From an uncultured Phycisphaeraceae bacterium (GTDB lineage Bacteria; Planctomycetota; Phycisphaerae; Phycisphaerales; UBA1924): 51,114 nucleotides of DNA. Positions 1 to 8,957 of this stretch are shown one piece after another. The stretch covers positions 1 through 51,114 of the forward strand of contig CAYNSB010000028.1 of assembly GCA_964399625.1 (NCBI GenBank), read 5' to 3'. Below the pieces are notes generated by a model that had not been told where the DNA came from, did not search any database, and saw nothing but the letters and a program-made list of their open reading frames with translations. The translations under genes and the position numbers were made by a program. How positions within the stretch are numbered: the stretch's first letter is position 1; every line of letters begins with the position of its first letter.

Positions 1-1
1 C

Positions 2-370
2 ACGGGCGGCGTCGTGGTGGCGCTGGGCTCGACGTTCGCGGGCCTCTTCTGCGAGGATGACGCCCTGCGGGCTCGCGTCGAGAAGGCCTCCGCCGCCAGC
101 GGCGAGCGCGTGTGGCGCCTGCCCATGCACCAGGAGTACCGCGACATGATGAAGTCCCCCGTCGCGGACATCCTCAACAGCAACCCCAATCGCAAGGCGC
201 ACCCGATCCAGGGCGCGGCGTTCCTGTCTTACTTCGTCAAGGAGGGCGTGCCGTTCGCGCACATCGATATCGCGGGCGTCCACGCCAGCGAGAGCGACAG
301 CGGCCCGTTCGTCAAGGGCCCGACGGGCTGGGGCGCGCGCCTGCTGGCGAACCTTGTCGAGCAGGGGTGA
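2..370 (+). CDS. pepA: Leucyl aminopeptidase (M17 family), C-terminal fragment; the 5' end lies upstream of the window
   Basis: ORF 14..370 is open back to the window edge. The translation ...NPNRKAHPIQGAAFLSYFV...HIDIAGV... matches the conserved C-terminal catalytic region of PepA/cytosol aminopeptidase. Confidence 0.75.
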   Translation, partial: TGGVVVALGSTFAGLFCEDDALRARVEKASAASGERVWRLPMHQEYRDMMKSPVADILNSNPNRKAHPIQGAAFLSYFVKEGVPFAHIDIAGVHASESDSGPFVKGPTGWGARLLANLVEQG

Positions 371-377
371 GGCTCGC

Positions 378-1994
378 TCACTCCGGGCGCATCATCGGGA
401 ACAGCACCACGTCGCGGATCGTCCGCTGGTTGGTGAGGATCATCGTCAGGCGGTCGATGCCCAGGCCCAGCCCGCCCGCGGGGGGCATGCCCACGCGCAG
501 CGCGCGGATGAAGTCCTCATCGAAGGTGCGGAACGTCTGCTCCTCGTCGTCGATGCCCGCGAGCTGCTCGCGGAACTTCGCCTCCTGCACGTCGGGGTCG
601 TTCAGCTCCGTGTAGTGCGGGGCGATCTCCATGCCCGCGATGAACAGGTCCGCGCGCTCCGCGACCTGGGGCGAGCCGGGCTTGGGGCGGGTGAGCGGCG
701 ACAGGGCCGCGGGATACTCCGTGATGAACGTGGGGCGCGCGGGGTCGAGCGAGTGCTCGGCGAACTCCTCGAAGAGCGTGTTGACGAGCAGGATGGGGTC
801 CAGGCGCGACAGCACCTTGCCCTCGTCCTCGCCTGCGGCAATCCTCGCTCCCTTGATCTTGCGCGCCATATGGCGAGCGCTGATCTCCGCGCGCACGCGA
901 TCGACGCTCGACATCGGGAACCCCAGCGCCCGCTCGAAGAGCTCGGCGTAGGCGATCCGATCGAACGGACGCGCGAAGTCGATCGACAGGTCGTTGAACG
1001 GGAGCGTGAGCCCGCCCATGCCGCCCGCCGCCCCTGTCGCGCCGTTCTGCTCCGCGATGACCTGGGCGCAGGAGCGGACCAGGTCCTCGGTGAGGGCCAT
1101 GACGCTGCCGCAATCGCCGAACGCCTCGTACGCCTCGAGCATGGTGAACTCGGGGTTGTGCTGCTTGTCGAGGCCCTCGTTGCGGAAGTTGCGGTTGACC
1201 TCGTAGACGCGGGGCATGCCGCCCACGAGCAGGCGCTTGAGGTAGAGCTCGGGCGCGATGCGCAAGAAGAGCTCGATGTCCAGCGCGTTCATGTGCGTGC
1301 GGAAGGGCCTGGCCGCGGCGCCGCCCGCGAGCGTCTGGAGCATCGGCGTCTCGACCTCCTGGAACCCGCGTGAGTCGAGCACGCGCCGGATGTTGGCGAC
1401 GATCGCGGCGCGCTGCTGGAAGACGCGCATCGTCTCGGGGTTGGCCCACAGGTCCATGTACCGCTGGCGGTAGCGCAGCTCGACGTCGGCGAGCCCCGCG
1501 TGCTTCTCGGGCGGGGGCACGAGGCACTTGGCCCCGGGCGACAGGCTCGTGGCCCACACCGTCACCTCGCCCGACTTGGTCTTGACGAGCGGGCCCGTCG
1601 CGACGAGCACATCGCCCAGGTCCGTGAGCTTGGCGAGCTCGAAGCCCTGCGCGGCACACTCGCGCTGGCTCACCGCGATCTGCAGGTCGCCGCTCGCGTC
1701 GCGCAGGTTCATCCACACCAGCTTGCCGTTATCGCGCACGAGCATCGCGCGCCCCGCGACGCTCACGACGGGGCGACGATCGACAAAGCCCGCCTCCTTG
1801 GCGCGGGCCTTGTGCTCGCTGTCGGCGGGCTCGTCGTAGCGCGACTGGGCCTGGGCGAGGGTGATCAGCCCGCGCGTGCCCTGCCCGTACGGCGAGAGCC
1901 CGAGCTTGGCGATCGCCTCGCGGTTGGCGCGGCGCTGGGCCTCGAGGCGGTGGGTGTCGGCGTGGGTCGCGGTCGGTTCGGGAGGGGTGCTCAT
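378..1994 (-). CDS. lysS: Lysine--tRNA ligase, class II
   Basis: 538-aa ORF carrying the class II aaRS motifs (FRNEGLDKQHNPEFTMLEAYEAF, GGLGLGIDRL). Full length; ATG (reverse complement CAT) at 1992-1994. Confidence 0.9.
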   Translation of the reverse strand: MSTPPEPTATHADTHRLEAQRRANREAIAKLGLSPYGQGTRGLITLAQAQSRYDEPADSEHKARAKEAGFVDRRPVVSVAGRAMLVRDNGKLVWMNLRDASGDLQIAVSQRECAAQGFELAKLTDLGDVLVATGPLVKTKSGEVTVWATSLSPGAKCLVPPPEKHAGLADVELRYRQRYMDLWANPETMRVFQQRAAIVANIRRVLDSRGFQEVETPMLQTLAGGAAARPFRTHMNALDIELFLRIAPELYLKRLLVGGMPRVYEVNRNFRNEGLDKQHNPEFTMLEAYEAFGDCGSVMALTEDLVRSCAQVIAEQNGATGAAGGMGGLTLPFNDLSIDFARPFDRIAYAELFERALGFPMSSVDRVRAEISARHMARKIKGARIAAGEDEGKVLSRLDPILLVNTLFEEFAEHSLDPARPTFITEYPAALSPLTRPKPGSPQVAERADLFIAGMEIAPHYTELNDPDVQEAKFREQLAGIDDEEQTFRTFDEDFIRALRVGMPPAGGLGLGIDRLTMILTNQRTIRDVVLFPMMRPE

Positions 1995-2066
1995 GTGGGC
2001 TCGGATGGCGTGGATGGAGCGCGGGGAACGATCGTATGACCGCCCGCCACGGGGCCTGCCCCGGGC

Positions 2067-2083
2067 GATGCGTGCAACGCATC
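2067..2083 (-). terminator. Hairpin GATGCGT-gca-ACGCATC, 17 nt downstream of the Rrf2 stop; candidate terminator stem (no U-run)
   Basis: Perfect 7-bp inverted repeat read directly in the sequence. It sits between the Rrf2 stop (2104) and the lysS start (1994) on the minus strand. Confidence 0.25.
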
Positions 2084-2103
2084 AGGATCGAGGGGTGCGT
2101 GGG

Positions 2104-2586
2104 CTAGCGCCCGTTCTGCCCGGGTTTGTGCGCGGGCGCGGAGATGGTCAGCGTCGCGGCGGCCTGCGGATCGCACAGCGGCTTGTTGGGATTGGGGTCG
2201 TCCAGCAGGTCCTGCAGCGAGACGCCCGAGTAGACCTTGATGACGGCCGCGGCGGCCTCGTCCTGGCGCCGGTGGAGCGGGCAGAGGTTGGGCCCGTGGT
2301 TGGGCAGCCCCAGCGGGCACGAGGTGATGCGCTTGAGGGAGGTGACCGCGTTGATCACCTCGAGCAGGTTGATCTGCGCCGCGGGTCGCGCGAGCTTGTA
2401 CCCGCCGCCCACGCCACGACGACCCACGATCAGGTCCGCCCCGGCGAGCTGCTGGAGCACCTTCGCGAGGTAGTTCGCGGGAACCTGCGTCTGCTTGGCG
2501 AGCTCGGGCGTGGCCACGAGCGAATCGGGCTTGAGGGCCAGGCTCGCCATCGCACGCATCGCGTATTCGGTCGTCTGTGAGAACAT
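2104..2586 (-). CDS. Rrf2-family transcriptional regulator, probably Fe-S cluster-binding (IscR/NsrR-like)
   Basis: N-terminal MFSQTTEYAMRAMASLA... wHTH typical of Rrf2. Three spaced Cys (SCPLG..NLCPLH..KPLCDP) at the position of the IscR/NsrR cluster ligands. Start taken at the internal ATG (MFSQTTEY). Confidence 0.8.
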   Translation of the reverse strand: MFSQTTEYAMRAMASLALKPDSLVATPELAKQTQVPANYLAKVLQQLAGADLIVGRRGVGGGYKLARPAAQINLLEVINAVTSLKRITSCPLGLPNHGPNLCPLHRRQDEAAAAVIKVYSGVSLQDLLDDPNPNKPLCDPQAAATLTISAPAHKPGQNGR

Positions 2587-2662
2587 CTCGGCCTCTCCAT
2601 ACTGGACGCGTCGGGGCGTCACGCTGGTTTCGGATGGTATGGAGAAGCGGATGCGTGGGGCA

Positions 2663-2673
2663 GGATTAAATCC
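2663..2673. promoter_or_regulatory. AT-rich 5-1-5 palindrome GGATT-A-AATCC in the ATPase-to-Rrf2 intergenic region, with an adjacent 9-bp inverted repeat TCTCCATAC/GTATGGAGA (2594-2602 / 2637-2645); candidate operator and promoter region for the Rrf2 gene
   Basis: Seen directly. This is the only AT-rich stretch (GGATTAAATCCAAACCTTCAAACAAAATACGAACAATTC) in a roughly 70 % GC background. It lies 10-120 nt upstream of the Rrf2 start on the minus strand. Confidence 0.35.
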
Positions 2674-2709
2674 AAACCTTCAAACAAAATACGAACAATT
2701 CTGCCTGGA

Positions 2710-4818
2710 TTATGCCTCTACCGTCGCGGGCACCAGCGCCGGGGATTCGTCCGCGTGAACCTCCACGACCTTTCCGTCCGGGCGCCGCGCCAGGAGCAAG
2801 CGCAGGGAGTTCATGACAACCAGGAGCGTGCCGCCCTCGTGCGCGAGCACGGCCAGGGCGAGCGGGATCCGCCATCCGGTCCGCGAGCCGATGAGCGTCG
2901 CCGCGCCCATGCACGCGATGATCGAGAGGGCGAAGACGATGTTGAACTTGACGATGGCGCGGGTTCGCCGGGCCAGGCGCACGCCCCAGGGGATGACGCG
3001 CAGGTCGTCGTTGAGCAGCACGATGTCGGCCGATTCGAGGGCGGCATCGGACCCGATAGAGCCGATGGCGATGGAGACGTCCGCGGCGGCGAGGGCCGGG
3101 GCGTCGTTGACGCCATCGCCGATGACGCCCACGCCGCGCGCGACGCGCGAGTCGCCCGCCCGGCGCGATTCTTCCTTGGCCTCCTGGAGCAGGCGGACCT
3201 TGTCCTGGGGCAGGAGCGCGGCGTCGTAGCGGTCGATGCCCAGGCGTGAGGCGACGTGGGCGGCGGTCACGGCGTGATCGCCCGTGAGCATGCGCACGGG
3301 GCGGACGCCCAACTCGTGCAACCGATCGACCATCTCGCGGGCGCCGGGGCGGATCGCGTCGGAGAGGATCATGACCGCGGCCTGCCCGGTCTCGCCCGGG
3401 AGCGCGCCCTGGTCGGTGGGCGCGGGGCCCGCGTCGGCGATCGCGATGACGACGCCGATCTGCCCGCGGGCGCGGATCTTCTCGAGCACCTCGCGGGCGC
3501 GGGCCCGCAGGCACACGGGGATGAACTCCTCGCAGTGCTCCATCGTGCCCAGGCGGGCGCTCACGGCGCGTCCGCGGAGGGTGAGGGTTCCGGCGAGCCC
3601 CTTGCCCGGGAGGTCCTGTATATCCAGCGCCTCGCCGGGCGCAACGCCGCGCGCCCGCGCCGCTTCGACGACGGCGACGGCGATGGGGTGCGTCGAGCCG
3701 GCCTCGAGCGCCGCCGCCGCGGAGAGCAGGAGCCCGCCATCGGACCATCCGATGGCGTGGACCTGCTGCAATCTGGGCTTGCCCAGGGTGAGCGTGCCGG
3801 TCTTGTCCAGGCAGACCGAGCCGAGATTGGCCAGTCGCTCGATGGACTGCCCGCCCTTGAAGAGGAGCCCGGCGCGGGCGCCGCGCGAGATTCCCGCGAG
3901 CGTGGCGGTGGGCGTGGCGATGACGAGCGCACAGGGCGAGGCGACGATGAGCAGGGCGATCGCGGTGTACGCCGCGTCGTCGCTCGGCGCGCCCAGCAGG
4001 AACTTCCAGATGGCGAAGACCGCCAGGCTCGTGAGCATGACGCCCACGGCGTAGGGCTCGGAGAAGCGGTCGATGACGCGCTGCAGGGGCTCGCGCTGCT
4101 GCTGGGCGCTCATCACCAGGTCGAGCACCTTCTGCAGGCTCGACTCCCGGGCGGGCTTGGTGATGACCGCCTCGATCGGGTGCCCCACGTTGAGCGTGCC
4201 CGCGTAGAGCTCGTCGCCCTCGGCGACGGTGCGCGGCAGGCTCTCGCCCGTGAGCGTCGCCTGGTCCATGCTGGTGCGGCCCTTGTCCAGGCGCGCGTCG
4301 GCGGGGACCAGCTCTCCGGCGCGGATGAGCACGCGATCGCCCGCGGACAGCGCCGCCGGCTCGGTCTCGGCCCAGGCGCCATCGCGCCAGACCATCGCCC
4401 GCGTGGGCATGAGCTTGTGCAACGCCTCGACGGCGCGCATCGTGCGGCGCATGGCGCGGTCCTCGAGCGCGCCCGAGAGGACGAAGAGGAACAGCAGCAG
4501 CGCGCCGTCCTCCGGGTGCCCGATGCACGCCGCGAGCACCGCCCCCACCACCATCAGCACGTCGATGTCGACCTTGCGCTCGCGGAGCGCCTCGAGCGCG
4601 GCGACCCCGCCGTAGACCAGCCCGACGCCCAGCGCGCCCCACGCGGCGATCGTTGCCGGAAGGGTGATGGGCAGGAGCTTGAGCGCGAACGAGAGCGCGA
4701 GCAGGACGCCGCAGGCGATGGCGCCGGCCATCTCAGAGGGGAGCAGGCTCCGCGTCGCGCCGGGCTGGGCACCGGATGAGTCGGCGAGCGGGGCGGGGTT
4801 GCCGGCGACGGAGGACAT
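2710..4818 (-). CDS. P1B-4-type heavy-metal translocating P-type ATPase (Co2+/Fe2+/Ni2+ exporter class; no N-terminal metal-binding domain)
   Basis: DKTGTLT phosphorylation motif, GDGVNDAPAL hinge, TM SPC motif (LIVASPCALVIATP) and HEGGT motif (LAHEGGTLLVV). This combination defines P1B-4 ATPases (CoaT/CtpD/PfeT class). No HMA/CxxC N-terminus. Confidence 0.85.
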   Translation of the reverse strand: MSSVAGNPAPLADSSGAQPGATRSLLPSEMAGAIACGVLLALSFALKLLPITLPATIAAWGALGVGLVYGGVAALEALRERKVDIDVLMVVGAVLAACIGHPEDGALLLFLFVLSGALEDRAMRRTMRAVEALHKLMPTRAMVWRDGAWAETEPAALSAGDRVLIRAGELVPADARLDKGRTSMDQATLTGESLPRTVAEGDELYAGTLNVGHPIEAVITKPARESSLQKVLDLVMSAQQQREPLQRVIDRFSEPYAVGVMLTSLAVFAIWKFLLGAPSDDAAYTAIALLIVASPCALVIATPTATLAGISRGARAGLLFKGGQSIERLANLGSVCLDKTGTLTLGKPRLQQVHAIGWSDGGLLLSAAAALEAGSTHPIAVAVVEAARARGVAPGEALDIQDLPGKGLAGTLTLRGRAVSARLGTMEHCEEFIPVCLRARAREVLEKIRARGQIGVVIAIADAGPAPTDQGALPGETGQAAVMILSDAIRPGAREMVDRLHELGVRPVRMLTGDHAVTAAHVASRLGIDRYDAALLPQDKVRLLQEAKEESRRAGDSRVARGVGVIGDGVNDAPALAAADVSIAIGSIGSDAALESADIVLLNDDLRVIPWGVRLARRTRAIVKFNIVFALSIIACMGAATLIGSRTGWRIPLALAVLAHEGGTLLVVMNSLRLLLARRPDGKVVEVHADESPALVPATVEA

Positions 4819-4938
4819 TGCATGAGCCTAGAAGCGTGGCGCGCCGGCATCGAATGAGAGGCGATCTCATCTGCGGCGCACGCCACCTATGCTGGCCCAC
4901 GAGGGCGCGATCGGGGTCGATCGCGAGGAGGTGCTCCG

Positions 4939-5628
4939 TTGAGGCACGCGCACGATGAATCCCCGCCCGAGCCGTCCCGCGACGCATCGGAGGACGCGCC
5001 CCGGAGCGCACGCGAAGCCTCCACGCGCGACGGGCCCGAGAGCGCGTTCTGGCGCGAGGCGCTGCTGTCGGACCCGGAGCAGGGATTCTGCGTGCTGGAC
5101 GGGGAGGGGCGGGTCGTGCTCGCCAGCGCCGTCGCGTCGGAGATCGTGCTGGGCACGCCGCCGGCGACGATGGTGGGCCTGACGCTCGATGAGCTCTTCG
5201 ACGAGGCGATCGCTCAGGAGCGCCTCGAGTTCGTCGATCGGGTCGCGACGCAGGGACGGGCGCTGATCGTGGGCGAGGTGTGGCGGGGCGTGCGCTGCCG
5301 ATCCGTGTGGCGGGCGATGCCGGCGATCGGCGGACGCCCGGAGGTGCTCTGGACGGTCCGGCGCGCGCCGGCGATCGACGGCGAGCCGGCGCGGGGCATT
5401 GACGCGGTGGAGGCACGCCACGTGGACTGGGGCCCGCTGGCGGACCTCTCGCCCTCGCAGCGGCGCGTGCTGGGGCTCGTCGGTGCCGGGCTGGGCCTCG
5501 ACCAGATCGCCGGCGCGCTGGGCGTGGGGACCGAGGAGGCGCGGACGCTGCTCCTGGGCATCGAGCGCGCGCTGGGCACGAGCAACCCCGCGCTGCTGGC
5601 GCGGCGGGCGTTCCTGGCTGGATTGTGA
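4939..5628 (+). CDS. PAS-domain / LuxR-family HTH transcriptional regulator
   Basis: C-terminal LSPSQRRVLGLVGAGLGLDQIAGALGV... is a LuxR/GerE-type HTH. The N-terminal roughly 120 aa is PAS-like. TTG start with AGGAGG 8 nt upstream. Confidence 0.6.
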   Translation: MRHAHDESPPEPSRDASEDAPRSAREASTRDGPESAFWREALLSDPEQGFCVLDGEGRVVLASAVASEIVLGTPPATMVGLTLDELFDEAIAQERLEFVDRVATQGRALIVGEVWRGVRCRSVWRAMPAIGGRPEVLWTVRRAPAIDGEPARGIDAVEARHVDWGPLADLSPSQRRVLGLVGAGLGLDQIAGALGVGTEEARTLLLGIERALGTSNPALLARRAFLAGL

Positions 5629-5633
5629 GACGC

Positions 5634-6614
5634 TCACACCACCGTGGCGCGCACGACCACCAGCGCCGCGACGCTGATCGCGACCCACATCACGACGCCC
5701 TGCACGAGCGCCCGCCACCCCACCTCGCGCAGCGCCTTGCGTGAGAGCCCCGCGCCGATCAGGAAGAGGGCCAGCGTCATTCCGCTCTTGGCGATGCTGA
5801 GAAGCGCCGGCGAGGCGTCGCCCAGCGGGCCCGGGAAGAGCGTTCGCGCGCCCGCCGCGAGCACGAAGAGCCCGATGAACCACGGCACGGGCAGGGGCTT
5901 CCTTTGGCTCGATGCGCCCCCGGCGCGCGATCGCACCCATGCCGCCGCGACGAGGCAGATCGGGATGATCCACAGCACGCGCGAGAGCTTCACCACGGTC
6001 GCGGTGTCCACCGCCGCGCTCGCATCGACGCCCGCCGCACGCGCCTGATCCGCGAACGACTGCGCCGCGCCCACGACGCTCGAGACGTCGTGGATCGCGA
6101 CCCCGGCCCACGTGCCGAACTGCGTGGGGCTCAGCCCCATCGCGCGCCCCAACTCAGGGAACACGAACAGCGCCACGCCGTTGAGAATGAACACCGTGCC
6201 CGTCGCAACGCTGATCGCCGTGCTGCTGGCGCCGATGACGGAGGACACGGCGGCGATCGCCGAGCCGCCGCAGATCGCCGTGCCGCTCGAGAGCAGCGTG
6301 GACACCTTCCCCTCCACCTTGAGCACGCGCCCCAGGGCCCAGCCCAGCGCGAAGGTGCCGGCGATCGTCCCGATCGCGAAGAGCACGCCGCTCGTGCCCG
6401 CCCGCGCGACCTCGTGCAGGTTCATGCGCAGCCCTAGCAGCACCACGCACGCCTGGATCGCGTATCGCGAAACCTTCTTCTCGATGGCGCCCGGCTGCAC
6501 CAGACCCGCCAGCGCCAACACCACCCCCGCGAGCAGCCCCGCCTCGACCTGGAACCGTGCCGCCCGGGGCGCGATCTCGCTCCACGGCACCACGCACAGC
6601 ATCGCCCCGCCCAT
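5634..6614 (-). CDS. YeiH/UPF0324-family inner-membrane protein (putative sulfate exporter family)
   Basis: Polytopic membrane protein with the conserved ...SSGTAICGGSAIAA..., ...GVAIHDVSSVVGAA... pattern of the YeiH family. Start placed at the internal Met (MGGAMLCV). Confidence 0.65.
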   Translation of the reverse strand: MGGAMLCVVPWSEIAPRAARFQVEAGLLAGVVLALAGLVQPGAIEKKVSRYAIQACVVLLGLRMNLHEVARAGTSGVLFAIGTIAGTFALGWALGRVLKVEGKVSTLLSSGTAICGGSAIAAVSSVIGASSTAISVATGTVFILNGVALFVFPELGRAMGLSPTQFGTWAGVAIHDVSSVVGAAQSFADQARAAGVDASAAVDTATVVKLSRVLWIIPICLVAAAWVRSRAGGASSQRKPLPVPWFIGLFVLAAGARTLFPGPLGDASPALLSIAKSGMTLALFLIGAGLSRKALREVGWRALVQGVVMWVAISVAALVVVRATVV

Positions 6615-6703
6615 GAGAATGAGGCGAGAGCGGGTGAGCAGAGGATTGGTCTGGTCGGTCTTCACACGGAACGGAAACGGCGGATCGATCGCTACTCTAC
6701 CGC

Positions 6704-7963
6704 ATGACCCCGCCGCGCGCACGACCCGCTCCCTCCGAGTTCTTCGGCCGATTCCTGCTCGATCCTGAGGTGGTGTTCCTGAACCACGGCTCGTTCGGGG
6801 CCCTGCCGCGCGAGGTGCACGCGGCGCGGATCGCGCTCACGGAGCGCATGGAACGCGAGCCGGTGCGATTCATCGTGCGCGACCTGGATCCGCTGTACGA
6901 CGCGACGCGCGCGGCGCTGGCGCCGTTCCTCCGCTGCCGCCCGGAGGACCTCGTGTTCGTCCCGAACGTCACCAACGCGATGGCGATCGTCCTCGCGAAC
7001 TTGGAGGCGTCGCTGGGCGCGGGCGATGAGCTGCTCGCGACGGGGCACGAGTACCCGGCGTGCCTGAACAACCTGCAACGCACCGCGTCGCGCACCGGCG
7101 CGCGCGTCGTGCTGCGGGCGCTGCCGTTCCCCGTGCGCTCGCCCGACGAGATTGTCGAGGCCGTCATGGCCGCCGTCACCCCCCGCACCCGCTTCCTTCT
7201 TCTAAGCCACGTGACGAGCCCGACGGGCCTCGTGCTGCCCGTGGAGCGGATCGTGCCCGAGCTCGAGCATCGCGGCGTCGCGTGCTTCGTGGACGGCGCG
7301 CACGCCCCGGGCATGGTCGAATCGCTGGACCTGAGCGCGCTCAACGCGAGCTACTACAGCGCCAACTGCCACAAGTGGATCTGTTCGCCCAAGGGCTCGG
7401 CCTTCCTGCACATCCGCGCCGATCGACAGAAGGGCTTCCGCCCGCTCGTGCTCTCCAACAACGCGGAGAAGCCCAAGCGCGGGCGCATCCACCTGCACAC
7501 GGAGTTCGATTACATCGGCACGCAGGACTACACCGCGAACCTGTGCATCCCCGATGCGCTGCGCGTGATGGGCGCGATGCTCCCCGGCGGATGGGCGGAG
7601 GTCATGCGCCGCAATCGCGACCTGTGCCTGCGGGCCCGCGCGCACCTGTGCACATCATTGGGCGTGGAGCCCCCCGCGCCCGAGAGCATGATCGGGAGCA
7701 TCGCGACGATGATGCTGCCCGTCGAGCCCGACGCCGGCGGGCGCGGCGCGCGATTGGCCGCCCGCCCGAGCATCTACCACGACGCGCTGCAGGATGCGCT
7801 CATCGAGCGCCACGCGATCCAGGTGCCGGTGTGGTCCATCCCCACGGAGACCCCGCCGCGGCGTCTGTTCCGCATCTCGGCCCAGATCTACAACTCGCTG
7901 GCGCAGTACGAGTATCTCGCCCAGGCGCTGCGCGAGGAACTCCATCGCGAACGTGATTGCTAA
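6704..7963 (+). CDS. Class V aminotransferase (isopenicillin-N-epimerase/cysteine-desulfurase-like PLP enzyme)
   Basis: VVFLNHGSFGALPREV... N-terminus, ...SANCHKWICSPKGSAFL... PLP-lysine region. 419 aa. Confidence 0.7.
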   Translation: MTPPRARPAPSEFFGRFLLDPEVVFLNHGSFGALPREVHAARIALTERMEREPVRFIVRDLDPLYDATRAALAPFLRCRPEDLVFVPNVTNAMAIVLANLEASLGAGDELLATGHEYPACLNNLQRTASRTGARVVLRALPFPVRSPDEIVEAVMAAVTPRTRFLLLSHVTSPTGLVLPVERIVPELEHRGVACFVDGAHAPGMVESLDLSALNASYYSANCHKWICSPKGSAFLHIRADRQKGFRPLVLSNNAEKPKRGRIHLHTEFDYIGTQDYTANLCIPDALRVMGAMLPGGWAEVMRRNRDLCLRARAHLCTSLGVEPPAPESMIGSIATMMLPVEPDAGGRGARLAARPSIYHDALQDALIERHAIQVPVWSIPTETPPRRLFRISAQIYNSLAQYEYLAQALREELHRERDC

Positions 7964-8039
7964 TCCACTCACCAAGGCCTCGCCAACACGCGCGCCCAAG
8001 TGACGACGCCCGTCCACCCGACGCTGAACCGCCACCCGA

Positions 8040-8148
8040 CGCCGAGCCTGAGAAGGCTTTGCGACGAAGGCTCGGGTTGCTCCTTCTCTGCACGCGCAGT
8101 CGCTCGATCAACCCGAGCCTTCGCTCGCGGGCTCGCTCAGACTCGGCG
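8040..8148. repeat. Structured repeat element, copy 1 (roughly 110 nt; nested inverted repeats)
   Basis: Outer arms CGCCGAGCCTGAG (8040-8052) / CTCAGACTCGGCG (8136-8148); inner perfect 15-bp arms CGAAGGCTCGGGTTG (8065-8079) / CAACCCGAGCCTTCG (8109-8123). Also GAGAAGG/CCTTCTC. About 85 % identical to copy 2 at 10325-10432. Confidence 0.7.
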
Positions 8149-8186
8149 TTCGGTCCCGCCCGCGCCATCCGCATTACGATTGTCTC

Positions 8187-8942
8187 GTGAAACCCCGCTG
8201 GCGCAAGCCCCTGATCTGCGGCGCGATCGTGGGGGTCGTGTCGTCGGTGGCGGTGCCGGTCACGATCTCGATCGCGACCAATGCCAACAGATTTCCGTTT
8301 GTTTTCCTCAACAAGAACAAGTTGTGGCACGCGCGCGAGTCTTTGTTTTGTGACGAACGCACGCACGAGTTTGGCTACACGGTAAGCGCTGAATGGGTTG
8401 CAACTCACTACTTCATCCGGACGAGCATGCCCGATCCGAGAGTTTCAAGTCAATACCCTGCAGGAGTCGTGCCCGCGTGGCTGCCCCGGCCATACTCGCG
8501 CCACTGGACCCATGCGGCTGCCGTGGGATTTCCAATGCGCTCATTGTTCGGCTGGTCGTCGAAGGAAGAGAGCAAGATTGTTTCAGGGGGCCTTCGCACC
8601 GGTGACCCCGGGGTCTTTGACCACGGCTGGATTCAACTCGCACGCCTTCAACTCCCCGCGCGCGACTTGTACATCGAGTTCCCCTACCTCCCCATCTGGT
8701 CCGGCCTCATCGTCAACGCCCTCACCCACGCCGCGGCCTGGTCCGCGCTCTTCCTTGGACTCGCCCAGCTCCTCCCCTCCGCCCGTCGCGCACGCCGCAC
8801 CCGTCGCGGCCTCTGCCCCGCCTGCGCCTACGACCTCCGCCACGAACTCGCCTCAGGCTGCTCGGAGTGCGGGTGGAGGCGGGGCGGTCCGGCCCCGATG
8901 GGCGCACCCAGTTCTGAGAATCGGGCTACCTACTTTCAGTGA
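8187..8942 (+). CDS. Paralog 1 of a tandem three-gene family: two-TM membrane protein with a C-terminal Arg-rich segment and a CPxC...C(S/P)EC zinc-ribbon-like motif
   Basis: N-terminal TM (PLICGAIVGVVSSVAVPV), conserved GFPMRSLFGW and GWIQLA motifs, second TM (IWSGLIVNALTHAAAWSALFLGLAQLL), then RRARRTRRGLCPACAYDLRHELASGCSECGW. Local GC about 52 % in the 5' half. Confidence 0.6.
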   Translation: MKPRWRKPLICGAIVGVVSSVAVPVTISIATNANRFPFVFLNKNKLWHARESLFCDERTHEFGYTVSAEWVATHYFIRTSMPDPRVSSQYPAGVVPAWLPRPYSRHWTHAAAVGFPMRSLFGWSSKEESKIVSGGLRTGDPGVFDHGWIQLARLQLPARDLYIEFPYLPIWSGLIVNALTHAAAWSALFLGLAQLLPSARRARRTRRGLCPACAYDLRHELASGCSECGWRRGGPAPMGAPSSENRATYFQ

Positions 8943-8957
8943 AGTACGATTGGTGCG

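Noticed and set aside
517-1716. 399-aa ORF antisense to lysS (and similar long antisense ORFs at 2666..4642, 4867..6111, 13214..16120, 16398..19754, 30840..34106, 33710..35734, 37395..38876, 39399..41081, 46540..49311)
   Set aside because: All are extremely Arg/Pro/Ala/Gly-rich with no motifs. They lie opposite well-supported genes. These are the typical stop-codon-poor shadow frames of a 70 % GC genome.
8000-8353. ORFs 8000..8353 and 10344..10655 (translations such as MRRRLGLLLLCAPQRTKARAFARGLAQTRR)
   Set aside because: They are read straight through the two copies of the nested inverted-repeat element. The similarity between them is DNA-level repeat identity, not a conserved protein.
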